A stretch of DNA of 64,000 nucleotides, taken from assembly GCA_965215605.1 (NCBI GenBank), contig OZ244070.1, positions 1,984,001-2,048,000 of the forward strand, written 5' to 3'. This DNA comes from an uncultured Candidatus Binatia bacterium. Lineage in GTDB: Bacteria > Desulfobacterota > Binatia > UBA9968 > JAJDTQ01. How positions within the stretch are numbered: the stretch's first letter is position 1; every line of letters begins with the position of its first letter. The position numbers were made by a program, and so were the translations under genes. Shown piece by piece: positions 19,604 through 30,174 of the stretch. The notes beneath the pieces were generated by a model. It had not been told where the DNA came from. It did no database searches and was given only the letters and a program-made list of their open reading frames with translations.

Positions 19604-20893
19604 ATGACAACGCCCCCGAAAAGCACCATCGAACGCGTACGCGCCACCCTGGCCCGCCGGAACCGGGCGGAACGCCGCTTCAAGAACATGGGGCGCGGCG
19701 CGGTGCTCCTGGGGCTCGTGTTCCTGGTGCTGATGTTCGTCAACATCATCGCCACCGGCTACCCCGCCTTCTGGCAGACCTACGTGAAGCTGCCGGTCCA
19801 CTTCGACCCACAGGTGATCGACCCCCAGGGCCGGGGTGATCGTGAGACCCTCGGGTCCGCGGACTACGGCGCCCTGGTCAAGACGTCGGTGCGTTCGCTC
19901 TTCCCCGAAGTGAAGGGGAGACGGGACCGCCGGGACGTCGCCAAGCTGGCGAGCCGGGGAACCGTTTTCCAGCTTCGCCGCATGGTCCTGGACGATCCCT
20001 TGCTGGTAGGCGTCAGGACCGAGATCTGGGTGCCCGTCGACGACGACTACGACATGCTCCACAAGGGTAACGTCGACCGGACGCTGCCGGAGGCGGACCG
20101 GCGGCTGTCCGACAGAAAGATCGGGTGGTTCGATCGGCTCATCGCCGAAGGGCGCATCGAGTCCCGTTTCAACGCCACTTTCTTTCAGGCGGGCGACTCC
20201 CGGGAGCCGGAGCTTGCCGGCATCTGGGGTGCGGCCATGGGGTCGTTCTTCACGCTGCTGGTGACGCTGTCCTTGTCGTTCCCGCTCGGCGTGGCCACCG
20301 CCGTCTATCTGGAGGAGTTCGCTCCCAGGAATCGCGTGACCAGCCTGATCGAGGTCAACATCAACAACCTGGCCGCGGTGCCGTCCATCGTCTTCGGACT
20401 GCTGGGCCTGGCGGTGTTCATCAACCTGTTCGGCTTCCCGCGCTCCGCGCCGCTGGTGGGCGGGCTGGTCCTTACGCTGATGACCCTTCCCACCATCATC
20501 ATCGCCGGCCGGGCGGCGCTTACGTCGGTACCGCCCTCGATTCGGGAAGCGGCGTTGGGAGTGGGCGCGTCCAAGATGCAGATGATCGTGCACCACGTGT
20601 TGCCCCTGGCCATGCCCGGCATGCTGACCGGCACCATCATCGGCATGGCCCGGGCTCTGGGAGAGACCGCGCCGCTTCTGATGATCGGAATGGTGGCGTT
20701 CGTGGTGGATATCCCCGAGAGCGTGACGGATGCGGCGACCGCGCTGCCCGTGCAGATCTTTCTATGGTTGGACAGCCCCGAACGCGCCTTCGTGGAGCGG
20801 GCTTCCGCGGCGATCATGGTGCTGCTGGCGTTTCTCATCGCCATGAACGCCCTGGCCATCGTGCTGCGGCGGCGCTTTGAAAGACGCTGGTAG
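19604..20893 (+). CDS. pstA: Phosphate ABC transporter permease
   Basis: [22 protein letters not shown]. Confidence 0.95.
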   Translation: MTTPPKSTIERVRATLARRNRAERRFKNMGRGAVLLGLVFLVLMFVNIIATGYPAFWQTYVKLPVHFDPQVIDPQGRGDRETLGSADYGALVKTSVRSLFPEVKGRRDRRDVAKLASRGTVFQLRRMVLDDPLLVGVRTEIWVPVDDDYDMLHKGNVDRTLPEADRRLSDRKIGWFDRLIAEGRIESRFNATFFQAGDSREPELAGIWGAAMGSFFTLLVTLSLSFPLGVATAVYLEEFAPRNRVTSLIEVNINNLAAVPSIVFGLLGLAVFINLFGFPRSAPLVGGLVLTLMTLPTIIIAGRAALTSVPPSIREAALGVGASKMQMIVHHVLPLAMPGMLTGTIIGMARALGETAPLLMIGMVAFVVDIPESVTDAATALPVQIFLWLDSPERAFVERASAAIMVLLAFLIAMNALAIVLRRRFERRW

Positions 20894-20943
20894 CAAGAGG
20901 CTGGCAAAACTGGCACAAACAAGCAGTTCAGGAGACGCCGATT

Positions 20944-21822
20944 ATGGCCGATCAACTGGGTGTCGCAGTCATGGAGGCAGGCGCGTTGGAGTTCCGGGCA
21001 GCCGAGGTGGAGGACATCGACGAGCGACGGGAGAGCCGCGAGACCGTGGGCACGCCGTTCGCGGACGACCCCCGCATGACCTGCCGCGACGTCAACGTCT
21101 ACTACGGTGACAACCACGCCATCAAGAACGTCAGCCTGGACATAGGCCGCGAACAGGTGCTCGCCATGATCGGGCCGTCGGGGTGCGGCAAGTCCACCTT
21201 CCTCCGGGCCCTCAACCGGATGAACGACACTATCGACGGCTGCCGCATGACGGGTGAGATCAGGCTCGACGGCCAGGACATCTACGACAAGGACATGGAC
21301 GTGGTGCCGCTGAGGGCGCTGGTGGGCATGGTGTTCCAGAAGCCCAATCCCTTCCCCAAGTCGATCTTCGACAACATCGCCTACGGCGTGCGCATCCACG
21401 GTTTGGCGGAGTCCAAGTCCGAGGTCGAAGGGATCGTCGAGCACAGCCTCAAGCGCGCCGGCCTGTGGGAAGAGGTCAACGACCGGCTGGACCAGCCCGG
21501 CACGGGCCTCTCCGGCGGGCAGCAGCAGCGGCTGTGCATCGCCCGGACCATCGCGGTGAGTCCCGAGGTCATCCTCATGGACGAGCCCTGCTCGGCCCTC
21601 GACCCCATCGCCACCGCCCGCGTCGAGGACCTCATCAACGAGATCGGCCAGGACTACACCATCGCCATCGTCACCCACTCCATGCAGCAGGCCGCTCGGG
21701 TGTCGCAGCGGACCGCCTACTTCCACCTGGGAGACTTGCTGGAGGTCGGCCCCACGGACCAGATCTTCACCAACCCCATCCACCCCCTCACCGAGGACTA
21801 CATCACCGGGCGTTTCGGCTGA
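20944..21822 (+). CDS. pstB: Phosphate ABC transporter ATPase
   Basis: [31 protein letters not shown]-terminal YITGRFG. Confidence 0.97.
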   Translation: MADQLGVAVMEAGALEFRAAEVEDIDERRESRETVGTPFADDPRMTCRDVNVYYGDNHAIKNVSLDIGREQVLAMIGPSGCGKSTFLRALNRMNDTIDGCRMTGEIRLDGQDIYDKDMDVVPLRALVGMVFQKPNPFPKSIFDNIAYGVRIHGLAESKSEVEGIVEHSLKRAGLWEEVNDRLDQPGTGLSGGQQQRLCIARTIAVSPEVILMDEPCSALDPIATARVEDLINEIGQDYTIAIVTHSMQQAARVSQRTAYFHLGDLLEVGPTDQIFTNPIHPLTEDYITGRFG

Positions 21823-21866
21823 TCGCCGGTCCCAAGATCCGGAACGGCATCCCCACACCCCTCTCC

Positions 21867-21917
21867 GTCATTCCCGCGAAAGCTTGTCCTCGACCCCGAT
21901 CGGGGACGGAAATCCAG
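21867..21917. repeat. REP-like palindrome, family A, with an internal hairpin insert
   Basis: gtcattcccgcgaaagc + ttgtcctcgaccccgatcgggga + cggaaatccag. Confidence 0.75.
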
Positions 21918-21941
21918 GCGGGGTGGGGCGGTCGTGTGCGA

Positions 21942-22868
21942 TCAGTTGCCGGTCACCGAGTCCACGTCGCCGAACAGCGCTCCGAGCCGTTCCAGCGCTT
22001 CGGACGGCAACGGCGGCATGAGCGCGGCCGCGATGTTGGCCTCCAGGTGGCCCTCGTCGCCGGTGCCGGTCAGCACCACGTCGGCGCCCGGCTCGTGCAC
22101 GCAGAAGCGGTAGGCCGCCTCCGTGAGGCTTTCGGCGCAGCCGTTGTCGGTAAGGAACCCGAGGTCGGCGCCGGGTGCCAGGAGGGCGTTCCGCTCCATT
22201 TCCCGCAGCAGCTTCGCGAGGCTCGCCGGCTGGCTCAGCGCCCGCCGCACCGCGAACATCACCAGGGTCCCCACGCCCTTCTCCCGCGTGAGCGGGAACA
22301 CACTGTGGCGCGCCGACGGATTCAGCAGGTTGAACCCCACCATCACCACGTCCCACCAGGGGTCGCGCAGCCCTCGCCGCAGCATCTGGTGACGCGGGTT
22401 GGCCGGAAACTCCTCGGTGATGCCCACCGCGCGAATCTTGCCCTCCTCCCTCAACGCCATCAGGACAGGCGCCATCACACTCGCCGCGAACTCATAACGC
22501 TTCTCACTCACGCCGTGGAGATGAAAGACGTCCACGTAATCCGTGCCCAACCGCCGGAGGCTCGCCTCCACGCCAGCGCGCATGAACCTCGCCGGGTCCG
22601 GATCATCCGGCTCCGGCATGATTTTCTTGGTGGAGATCACCACCCGGTCCCGCGGCACGCCGCGGATGGCCGCCCCCACGATTTCCTCCGTGCCGTAGTT
22701 CTCCGCGGTGTCCAGGAAGTTCACTCCCAGGTCCAGCGCCCTCCGCACCAGCCGGACGGAATGTTCAGGGCTTTTGCCGGCACGCTGTCCGAGCCGGCTC
22801 GGACCGCCGCAACCCAGCCCGACGACGCTTACCCGGAGCCCGGTGTTGCCGAGATTGGTGTAGTTCAT
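21942..22868 (-). CDS. Aldo/keto reductase
   Basis: LGNTGLRVSVVGLG, DTAENYG, SLRRLGTDYVD. Confidence 0.9.
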   Translation of the reverse strand: MNYTNLGNTGLRVSVVGLGCGGPSRLGQRAGKSPEHSVRLVRRALDLGVNFLDTAENYGTEEIVGAAIRGVPRDRVVISTKKIMPEPDDPDPARFMRAGVEASLRRLGTDYVDVFHLHGVSEKRYEFAASVMAPVLMALREEGKIRAVGITEEFPANPRHQMLRRGLRDPWWDVVMVGFNLLNPSARHSVFPLTREKGVGTLVMFAVRRALSQPASLAKLLREMERNALLAPGADLGFLTDNGCAESLTEAAYRFCVHEPGADVVLTGTGDEGHLEANIAAALMPPLPSEALERLGALFGDVDSVTGN

Positions 22869-22960
22869 GGTACTCCTTCGTTGGTCTGGACGCCCACTCG
22901 TTAGCAAAAGCAATCCGGAATTGCCCTTGTCTCGCTTTTTGTATGGTGTATTATGGGTGT

Positions 22961-23161
22961 ATGGTACGCACTAATATCAACATCGACGACGAGGCTTGTG
23001 CGGAGGTCATGCGCCGCTATCGCCTGAACACCAAGCGTGAAGCCGTGAACTTTGCGCTCCGAGCCCTTGCGGTAGAACCCTTCGGCGTCGACGAGGCTCG
23101 GCGTCTTCGTGGGTCAGGATGGGAGGGCGACCTCGACGACATGCGGACCGGCCGCTCGTGA
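22961..23161 (+). CDS. vapB: VapB antitoxin
   Basis: RTNINIDD...TKREAVNFALR...GWEGDLDDMR; overlaps the PIN gene start; TGTATGG repeats upstream. Confidence 0.88.
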   Translation: MVRTNINIDDEACAEVMRRYRLNTKREAVNFALRALAVEPFGVDEARRLRGSGWEGDLDDMRTGRS

Positions 23162-23544
23162 TCCTGATCGACACTTCCGCGTGGGTCGAGTTTCTTCGCG
23201 ATACGGGCTCGGCGACGTGTAGTCGCGTCGACGCGGTACTCGATGACGAGATCGCGATCTGCGACGCCATTCGGATGGAGGTGCTCGCCGGAGCGCGCGA
23301 CGAGCGACATCTACAGTCACTCCGGCGTTTGCTTGCGCTTGCCACGGTGTTGCCAACGGAACCTGCCCACTACGACGACGCCGCAAGTCTCTACCGCGCC
23401 TGCCGCCGAAGAGGGGAGACCGTTCGCAAGTTGATCGATTGCCTTATCGGCGCCGTTGCCATCCGCGCCGACGCGCCTGTACTCCACAGCGATGCCGACT
23501 TTGATATCCTGGCTCGCCATACGGAACTGAAAACAGCAACATGA
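23158..23544 (+). CDS. vapC: VapC PIN-domain toxin
   Basis: ILIDTSAWVE, E, DCLI, HSDADF acidic PIN residues. Confidence 0.9.
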   Translation: MILIDTSAWVEFLRDTGSATCSRVDAVLDDEIAICDAIRMEVLAGARDERHLQSLRRLLALATVLPTEPAHYDDAASLYRACRRRGETVRKLIDCLIGAVAIRADAPVLHSDADFDILARHTELKTAT

Positions 23545-23557
23545 TAGGGACTTGGCA

Positions 23558-25054
23558 TCAGCCGGCCTCCTCGAACGCATACGCCGCTCGATAGATCGTG
23601 ATCTCGTCAAAGAGCCGGCCCACCAGCATCATTCCCACGGGCCGTCCGTCCTTGGTGGCGCCGCAGGGCAGGGAGATGGCCGGGTGGCCGGTGACGTTGA
23701 AGGGGCCGGTGTTGGCCAGCATTTCGCTGGCGCGCCGCGCGCGCTCGGCGGCATCGGCGCCGGCGGCGGGCAGGGGTGTGGCTGCCATGGGCGTGGTGGG
23801 CATGAGCAGCAGGTCGTGATCGGCGAAGACCTCGTCATAGCCCCGGCGGATGGCGCGGCGAAGCTGTTGCGCCTTGACGTAGTAGCGTCCCGGGTGGCGG
23901 CGCCGCACGAAGCCGCCGAACAGGAGCAGGGCCATCACGTTCTCGGGCAGCTCCCGCCAGCGTTGACGCCAAGCGGCGAAAGGCTCGGCAGGGCTTGACG
24001 AACCGAGACCCTCCGCGCCGGGCATGATGCCGCACATGCCCAGTGAGTGGGCCAGGCTCTCGACGTAGATGGGCTGGGCCAACAGCCAAGCCCGTTTGTG
24101 AACGGGCGCCGATACCTCGGCGACATCGAGACCGGCGGCAGCCAGGGCGCCGGCCGCGGCCCGCACGCTCTCGTCCACCTCGGCTTCCGTGTTGCGGTGT
24201 CCGAAGCCTTCCTTTACCACGGCCACTCGCAAGCCCTTGGCGCCGGCCCGGCGCGCGTGGGTGTATCGCACCGGTTGCCAGGAGCCGGGTTGACGCGGGT
24301 CCATGCCGTCGCGTCCGGCCAGGACTTCCAGTAGCAGGGCGTTGGTGTCCACGTCCCGCGTCATGGGGCCGCAGTGGTCCACGGCCGGGTCGAGGCCCAG
24401 GATGCCGGTGTAGGGGACCAGCCCGTGGCTGGGCTTGAGCCCGACGATGCCGCACCAGGCCGCCGGCACCCGGATGGAACCGGCTTGGTCGCAACCCAAG
24501 GCCATGTCCGCGTCGCCGGCCGCTACGGCCGCGGCGCTGCCCGATGACGAGCCGCCCGCGGAATAGCCGGCCTTGTGCGGATGGACGACGGGTCCATTGG
24601 CGCCGCTATGGCTGCCGCCCGAGAGGGACAAATACTCGCAGTTGGTCTTGCCGACGATCTCGGCGCCGGCGCGGAGCGCCCGGGTGACCACGGTGGCGTC
24701 GACGTCGGGTACGTAGCCCTCGACGAACGAGGCGCCGTTCATCGTGGGCAACCCTGCCACGCAGATGGAGTCCTTCACCGCCAGGGTCTTGCCCGCGAGC
24801 CGGCCGCGGTACGCTTCCCGGATGGACGTCTTCACGAACCAGGCGTTGCAGCGGTTCAGGTCCGGCTCCGGACGTTGCCAGGAGCGCCGCCGAGCCGTCG
24901 GCGCCGGTTCCGGTTCCTCGTCCACCGCCGCATAGGCGCGGGAGAGTCCTTCCATCCGCTCCAGATAACCGGCCAGTTCGTCGTCCGACAAATCAATGCC
25001 GAGATCGCCGGCCACGGCCCGCATCTGCTCCAGCGTCGGTCTGATGAAGGTCAC
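23558..25054 (-). CDS. Amidase (amidase-signature family)
   Basis: AVKD, GGSSSGSAA, DQAGSIRVP. Confidence 0.92.
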   Translation of the reverse strand: MTFIRPTLEQMRAVAGDLGIDLSDDELAGYLERMEGLSRAYAAVDEEPEPAPTARRRSWQRPEPDLNRCNAWFVKTSIREAYRGRLAGKTLAVKDSICVAGLPTMNGASFVEGYVPDVDATVVTRALRAGAEIVGKTNCEYLSLSGGSHSGANGPVVHPHKAGYSAGGSSSGSAAAVAAGDADMALGCDQAGSIRVPAAWCGIVGLKPSHGLVPYTGILGLDPAVDHCGPMTRDVDTNALLLEVLAGRDGMDPRQPGSWQPVRYTHARRAGAKGLRVAVVKEGFGHRNTEAEVDESVRAAAGALAAAGLDVAEVSAPVHKRAWLLAQPIYVESLAHSLGMCGIMPGAEGLGSSSPAEPFAAWRQRWRELPENVMALLLFGGFVRRRHPGRYYVKAQQLRRAIRRGYDEVFADHDLLLMPTTPMAATPLPAAGADAAERARRASEMLANTGPFNVTGHPAISLPCGATKDGRPVGMMLVGRLFDEITIYRAAYAFEEAG

Positions 25055-25140
25055 CGCTTTGACACCACCCGCGTGCCCACGTCAGCCTCCCCGCGCAGGT
25101 TCCGCACGTACAACTCGTCGATGAAGCCGGAGTCGTCCGG
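25051..25140 (-). pseudogene. 3' remnant of a probable ABC substrate-binding protein gene
   Basis: PDDSGFIDELYVRNLRGEADVGTRVVSKR*; its TGA overlaps the amidase GTG; SGFIDELY resembles NMT1/TauA-type C-termini. Confidence 0.5.
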
Positions 25141-25158
25141 ATCCCAAACTTCGAAGGA

Positions 25159-25701
25159 TCAGCTCAGTAGCCGGGTGTTTGCCGTCAACATAGTCAGTCC
25201 TTCTCCGGCAAAGTCCCCGTCGTCCGTCACAAGCTTCATGCCTGTCCTCCTGCATGCTTCCCCGATAACCTGATCATTGAAATCGGTTCCGCCTTTCCCA
25301 TACTCGGTGGTCAACGCCTCCATGTCCAATGCCGTGAAGCCACTTTCCATGGGTATACATTGCTTAAGAATACGCCGAGTGTCGGCGGCGATGCCGGAAG
25401 CGCCCGACTTGAAAGCGTCGCTGTTGCGGAACGTCTTGAAGTTGACAACGGAACCTTGGTGGAATTTATGATAGTGGAATCTGGCCCAGCGGTTGATGAT
25501 CTCGGACAAGACAACCACGTCGATATGGATGCGGCTTCCCGCCTCCAGGATGCGCCGAAATGCGGAGGAGTAGTAGTCTTTTCTAACTCCAGCGTGGGGC
25601 CTCTGCGGCCCATAAATGTAAAGCCAGACATTGGCGTCAAAAAACAGGTCATCCTCCGACGTAAAACGGTAGTCTTCCACGTGCAGCACCTCACCTGCCA
25701 T
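25159..25701 (-). CDS. PIN-domain nuclease
   Basis: FFDANVW, VLSEIIN, DFNDQVI, LVTDDGDF. Confidence 0.88.
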   Translation of the reverse strand: MAGEVLHVEDYRFTSEDDLFFDANVWLYIYGPQRPHAGVRKDYYSSAFRRILEAGSRIHIDVVVLSEIINRWARFHYHKFHQGSVVNFKTFRNSDAFKSGASGIAADTRRILKQCIPMESGFTALDMEALTTEYGKGGTDFNDQVIGEACRRTGMKLVTDDGDFAGEGLTMLTANTRLLS

Positions 25702-26062
25702 TGCCGCCGTCCTCGTCCTCCAAAGTCTCACGAGCCGCTTGCTTGAATCTCTCAGGGTCGCTGAAGTACAGTTTCGCGGTGTCGACGACACGCTTCAAGA
25801 GGGCTAGATCTTCGGCCTCCATGTCTTCGACCCTGAGCAATTCACGAATCTGGTTTTCCCCGAACTCACCGTACAACTGCCCGATAGCCGTGTTGAGGAA
25901 GGCTGACGTCAGCGTCGAGACGTTGAGAAACGACAGCACGACGTGGCGATTTCGCCTGAGCGTGGCTTCTAGCCGGTTGTAGACTTTCTGTCCGTCACCC
26001 GAGGCGACGCACAAGGGGCTACCGACCACACCGAATACGGATATCGCAACACTATTGTTCAT
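25691..26062 (-). CDS. STAS-like (DUF4325-type) protein
   Basis: GQKVY...VVLSFLNVSTLTSAFLNTAIGQLY, the anti-anti-sigma-like signature. Confidence 0.82.
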   Translation of the reverse strand: MNNSVAISVFGVVGSPLCVASGDGQKVYNRLEATLRRNRHVVLSFLNVSTLTSAFLNTAIGQLYGEFGENQIRELLRVEDMEAEDLALLKRVVDTAKLYFSDPERFKQAARETLEDEDGGNGR

Positions 26063-26071
26063 CGGAGGACC

Positions 26072-26944
26072 TCAAAAAATATCGTCTGTCTCGGGTTCGG
26101 AGGAAAGGCTGTAAGAACTCCGATCCGAGGTATCGATTTCGATACTCACAACGGTGCCGGGGAACGCAGTCCCCAGTTGCCCCTTGTTGTTACGTCCGTC
26201 TTCCCGTCGCCAATAGCCGGCGTCAGACACGATCTGGAGGAAGCCGCCGTTCAGATCTACGAACTCGCGCAGCAATTTCAAACCCAATCCCCCAGGGACA
26301 CCGCCGCGTTTTGTCGTGTTGTTAGCTTGGGTCGCCCATTCGATGGCGTCCTCCGGATTCAAGTCAACTCCGATATAACGGTGTACGTTACTATGTATCC
26401 CTACTCCTAAATCGGCCACACAGAAGTTAAGTTTAGATCGGGTTGGAAAAAGTTGTCCGCAACTGAAGATGCCCAGTTTTGTCCGGGAATGTAGGACGGC
26501 GTTGCTGAATATCTCGAAGATGCTCTCGCAAAACTTCTTTCGGAGGCCGGTGGACATCTCCGGTATTTCCGAGCGCTGGATGAATTCGTCCTCAATGTAA
26601 CGAGCAAAGTAGCGATCATCGTCAGCGTCGAATCGTTTGTAGGAGATCGTCGTCCCCCAGTAATCGGGAATCTTGGTGCGGCCGTAATGACTGAGGAAAC
26701 CGTTTTTCTTGAGGACGCTTTCGATCATTGGGTGGATATGGGTCAAGCGGACTGTGTTCAGATTGTCTTCCATTCCGTACAAGATTGCGCCAAAAGCGGC
26801 GCACATGTCGGCGTCAAGCCAATCCGTCGCACGCATGTCGATCTCGATATCTTCCAGGAAACAGTCCGAGGTCCGGGCATGAAGATCTGCAAGGACCCGA
26901 AATCCAGAGGAACTGTGGTGGATCGCGGACAAAGGGATTCTCAT
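26072..26944 (-). CDS. N-terminal STAS-like plus HATPase_c (anti-sigma-kinase-like) protein
   Basis: N box EIFSNAVLHS, G1 DLGVGI, G2 GGLGL, PGT; no HisKA domain. Confidence 0.82.
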   Translation of the reverse strand: MRIPLSAIHHSSSGFRVLADLHARTSDCFLEDIEIDMRATDWLDADMCAAFGAILYGMEDNLNTVRLTHIHPMIESVLKKNGFLSHYGRTKIPDYWGTTISYKRFDADDDRYFARYIEDEFIQRSEIPEMSTGLRKKFCESIFEIFSNAVLHSRTKLGIFSCGQLFPTRSKLNFCVADLGVGIHSNVHRYIGVDLNPEDAIEWATQANNTTKRGGVPGGLGLKLLREFVDLNGGFLQIVSDAGYWRREDGRNNKGQLGTAFPGTVVSIEIDTSDRSSYSLSSEPETDDIF

Positions 26945-26978
26945 GCCTGCATCCGGGCCGTTGTTGACGCGGTCCCGC

Positions 26979-28607
26979 TCACCCCCGCAGCCGCCGGTAA
27001 CGCCGGATCAACGCGTTGGTGGAGCTGTCGTGATCCAGCTCCGGCGCATCCTGGCTTTCGAGCTCCGGAACGATGCGCTGGGCCAGGGCCTTGCCGAGCT
27101 CCACGCCCCACTGGTCGAAGGAGTTGATGCCCCAGATGGAGCCCTGGACGAACACCTTGTGCTCGTAGAGGCCGATGATCTTGCCGAGGGTCTCGGGGGT
27201 CAGCCGCTCCGCCAGGATCGTGTTGGTGGGACGGTTGCCCTCGAAGGTCCGGTGCGGCACCTGGAAGTCCGGCATCCCTTCGGCGGCTGCTTCCACGCCG
27301 GTCTTGCCGAAGGCCAGCGCCTCAGTCTGCGCGAACAGGTTGGCCATCAGCAGGTCGTGGTGGTTCCCCAGGGGATTCAGGGTCCGGCAGAAGCCGATGA
27401 AGTCGCACGGGATGAGCTTCGTGCCCTGGTGGATCAACTGGTAGTAGGCGTGCTGGCCGTTGGTGCCCGGCTGTCCCCAGATGATCGGGCCGGTCTGGTA
27501 GTCCACGGCCTCGCCTTCCAGGGTGACGTGCTTGCCGTTGCTCTCCATGTCGAGTTGCTGGCAGTAGGCGCTCAGGCGCCACAGGTACTGGTCGTAGGGC
27601 AGGATGGAATGGGTCTCGGCGCCGAAGAAGTTGTTGTACCAGATGCCCAGGAGCCCCAGCAGCACCGGCAGGTTCTTCTCGAAGGGGGCAGTGCGGAAGT
27701 GCTCGTCCATGGCGTGGAGTCCGCCCAGCATGGACCGGAAGTTGTCCGGGCCGACCGCGATCATCAGCGACAGGCCGATGGCGGAGTCGTAGGAGTAGCG
27801 TCCCCCCACCCAGTCCCAGAAGCCGAACATGTTGTCGGTGTCGATGCCGAAGCGCCGTACTTCGTCGTGGTTGGTGGACACGGCCACGAAGTGACGGGCC
27901 ACGGCGGTCTCGTCCTTGAGGGCGGCCAGGCACCAGTCCCGCGCCGTGTGGGCGTTCTTCAGGGTCTCCAGGGTGGTGAAGGTCTTGGAGCTGACGATGA
28001 ACAGGGTCTCCGCCGGGTCCAGGCCCTGGGTGGTCTCGGCGAAGTCGGTGGCGTCGACGTTGGAGACGAAGCCCAAATCGAGGGAGCGGTCGCTGTAGTG
28101 GCGGAGGGCCTCGTAGGCCATCACCGGCCCCAGGTCCGAGCCGCCGATGCCGATGTTGACGACGTTGCGGATGCGCTTGCCGGTGTGACCTTTCCATTCA
28201 CCGGAGCGGACGCGGTCGGCGAAGGATGACATCCGGTCCAGCACGGCGTGCACGTCCGGCACCACATCCTCGCCGTCCGCCAGGATGCTCTGGCCGCGCG
28301 GCGCCCGCAGCGCCACGTGCAGCACCGGCCGCCCCTCGGTGACGTTGATCCGCTCGCCGCCGAACATGGCGTCGACGCGTTCCTTGACGCCGGTGGCCCG
28401 CGCCAGCTTCAGCAGCAGGCCCAGGGTCCCGTCGGTGATGCGGTTCTTGGAGTAGTCGAGGTAGAGCCCCGCGCCCTCGACGGCGAGCCGCTCGCCGCGG
28501 CTTGCGTCTTCCGCGAACAGCGCCCGCAGGTGCACGTCCTTGATCTTGTCGTAGTGCGCGGCGAGATCCTGCCACGCCGGCAGCTCGGTCAGGCGATGAG
28601 TGGCGAT
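26979..28607 (-). CDS. pgi: Glucose-6-phosphate isomerase (apparent ATC start)
   Basis: [37 protein letters not shown]; conserved N-terminus [10 protein letters not shown] lies upstream of the track's GTG. Confidence 0.95.
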   Translation of the reverse strand: MATHRLTELPAWQDLAAHYDKIKDVHLRALFAEDASRGERLAVEGAGLYLDYSKNRITDGTLGLLLKLARATGVKERVDAMFGGERINVTEGRPVLHVALRAPRGQSILADGEDVVPDVHAVLDRMSSFADRVRSGEWKGHTGKRIRNVVNIGIGGSDLGPVMAYEALRHYSDRSLDLGFVSNVDATDFAETTQGLDPAETLFIVSSKTFTTLETLKNAHTARDWCLAALKDETAVARHFVAVSTNHDEVRRFGIDTDNMFGFWDWVGGRYSYDSAIGLSLMIAVGPDNFRSMLGGLHAMDEHFRTAPFEKNLPVLLGLLGIWYNNFFGAETHSILPYDQYLWRLSAYCQQLDMESNGKHVTLEGEAVDYQTGPIIWGQPGTNGQHAYYQLIHQGTKLIPCDFIGFCRTLNPLGNHHDLLMANLFAQTEALAFGKTGVEAAAEGMPDFQVPHRTFEGNRPTNTILAERLTPETLGKIIGLYEHKVFVQGSIWGINSFDQWGVELGKALAQRIVPELESQDAPELDHDSSTNALIRRYRRLRG

Positions 28608-28623
28608 GGCGGCTCCTCCTGCT

Positions 28624-30084
28624 CTATTCGGCCCGGTTCAGCGTTACCGAGACGTCGCCCTTGGTCACCCGCACGTGCGCCAAGTCGGATTTCCTGGCCA
28701 GTTGCTCCACCAGCGCCACCATCGGCGGGGTGGTGCTCACGTAGGCCTGAGGCGGCGCGGCCGCGCGCATCTGGGCGATCTCGTCTTCGCTCAGCAGCCA
28801 GCGCAGCAGCAGCTCTTCGTCCGAGACACCGTCGCCGCCCAGGCGGGCGCGCATTTCGGAGAGGGGCGTCTCCTCCGGCTCCTGCGCCGCGATCTCCCGG
28901 GCCCGGGGCCGGTCCAGGATCTTGTCCTTGACGTTGGGGTCCATGAGCCGGCCGCCTTCCTCTCCGGCCCGCCCCAAGGCGTAGCGGATCACCTGGTCGG
29001 TGACCTCCTTGTAGCGGTCGCCCACGATGACGTTGAGCGCCGCCTGGCTGCCCACGAACTGGGACAGCGGCGTCACCATGATGGGATAGCCGAACTCGGC
29101 GCGGACCTGGATGGACTCTTGCAGGGCCTGAGGGAAGCGGTCTCCGAGGCGGACCTTGTCGAGCTGGTGCTGCAGGTTGGACAGCATGCCGCCGGGCACC
29201 TGGTGCTGGTACTGGGCGTAGTCGTACTCCACCGGCTTGCCGATGGGGAAGCCCTCGCGCCGGGCGATGGTCATGAAATGCTCGGAAACGGGTTCCAGCA
29301 CCGACTCGTCCACGAGCGGGTTGTAGCCCAGCGCCCGGGCGTTCCGGGCGACGTTGAAGACGTTGGGATTGGAGGAGCTGTCCGCCAGCGGCGGCACCGC
29401 GGTGTTGACGCTCCGGATCCCCAGGTCCATGGCCTCCAGGCAGCACAGCGGCCCCAAACCGGTGGTGCAGTGGGTGTGCAGCTCGATGGGGATGCCGTTG
29501 CAGTTCTCGAACATCACCGGCACCAGCGTGCGCATGCGCTCGGGCGTCAGCAGGCCGCCGGGATCCTTGAGGCAGATGAGCGGCACGTCCAGCGAGGCCG
29601 CTTCGCGGGTCTTTCGGGCGAAGTACTCGTCGTTGTGCTTGGGCGACACCGAGTAGATCATGTTGATGATGGGCTTGATGCCCACTTCCCGCGACACCTG
29701 CACCTTGCGCGTCCACCCCGCCAGGTCGTTCCACTCCTCGGAGATGCGCGCCTCCCGGATGCCGTTGGCGGCCATGCGCTCCATGAACAGCCGGTACATG
29801 CACAGCGGGTTGAACTCGAAGGTGTTGACCCGCCCGGCGATGACCCGGAGCGGCGTCTCCGTGATTCGCTGCGCCACCAGCCGCACCCGCTCCCAGGGGT
29901 CCTCCTTCAGCTCCCGCACGCATTTCTTGAGGTGCGACCCGGAGATCAGCTCCATGGCCTCGAACCCCGCCCGGTCCATCTGCTCGGCCACGGAAAGCAT
30001 CATGCCCGTGGTCATGTTCTCCGCCCACAGGCTCTGGTGCCCGTCGCGCAGGGTGGTGTCGACGAAGGTGATGTCCTTGCTCAT
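28624..30084 (-). CDS. Carboxyltransferase of the PycB/OadA/transcarboxylase 5S family, no biotinyl domain
   Basis: [44 protein letters not shown]. Confidence 0.88.
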   Translation of the reverse strand: MSKDITFVDTTLRDGHQSLWAENMTTGMMLSVAEQMDRAGFEAMELISGSHLKKCVRELKEDPWERVRLVAQRITETPLRVIAGRVNTFEFNPLCMYRLFMERMAANGIREARISEEWNDLAGWTRKVQVSREVGIKPIINMIYSVSPKHNDEYFARKTREAASLDVPLICLKDPGGLLTPERMRTLVPVMFENCNGIPIELHTHCTTGLGPLCCLEAMDLGIRSVNTAVPPLADSSSNPNVFNVARNARALGYNPLVDESVLEPVSEHFMTIARREGFPIGKPVEYDYAQYQHQVPGGMLSNLQHQLDKVRLGDRFPQALQESIQVRAEFGYPIMVTPLSQFVGSQAALNVIVGDRYKEVTDQVIRYALGRAGEEGGRLMDPNVKDKILDRPRAREIAAQEPEETPLSEMRARLGGDGVSDEELLLRWLLSEDEIAQMRAAAPPQAYVSTTPPMVALVEQLARKSDLAHVRVTKGDVSVTLNRAE

Positions 30085-30174
30085 GTGGTCCTCCAAACCT
30101 GCACCTGAACTTATTGCGGCGACGGGTAAATCTCAACCGCTCCGACTGTGGAGTGGGTTGCCGAGTCGGCTGTT

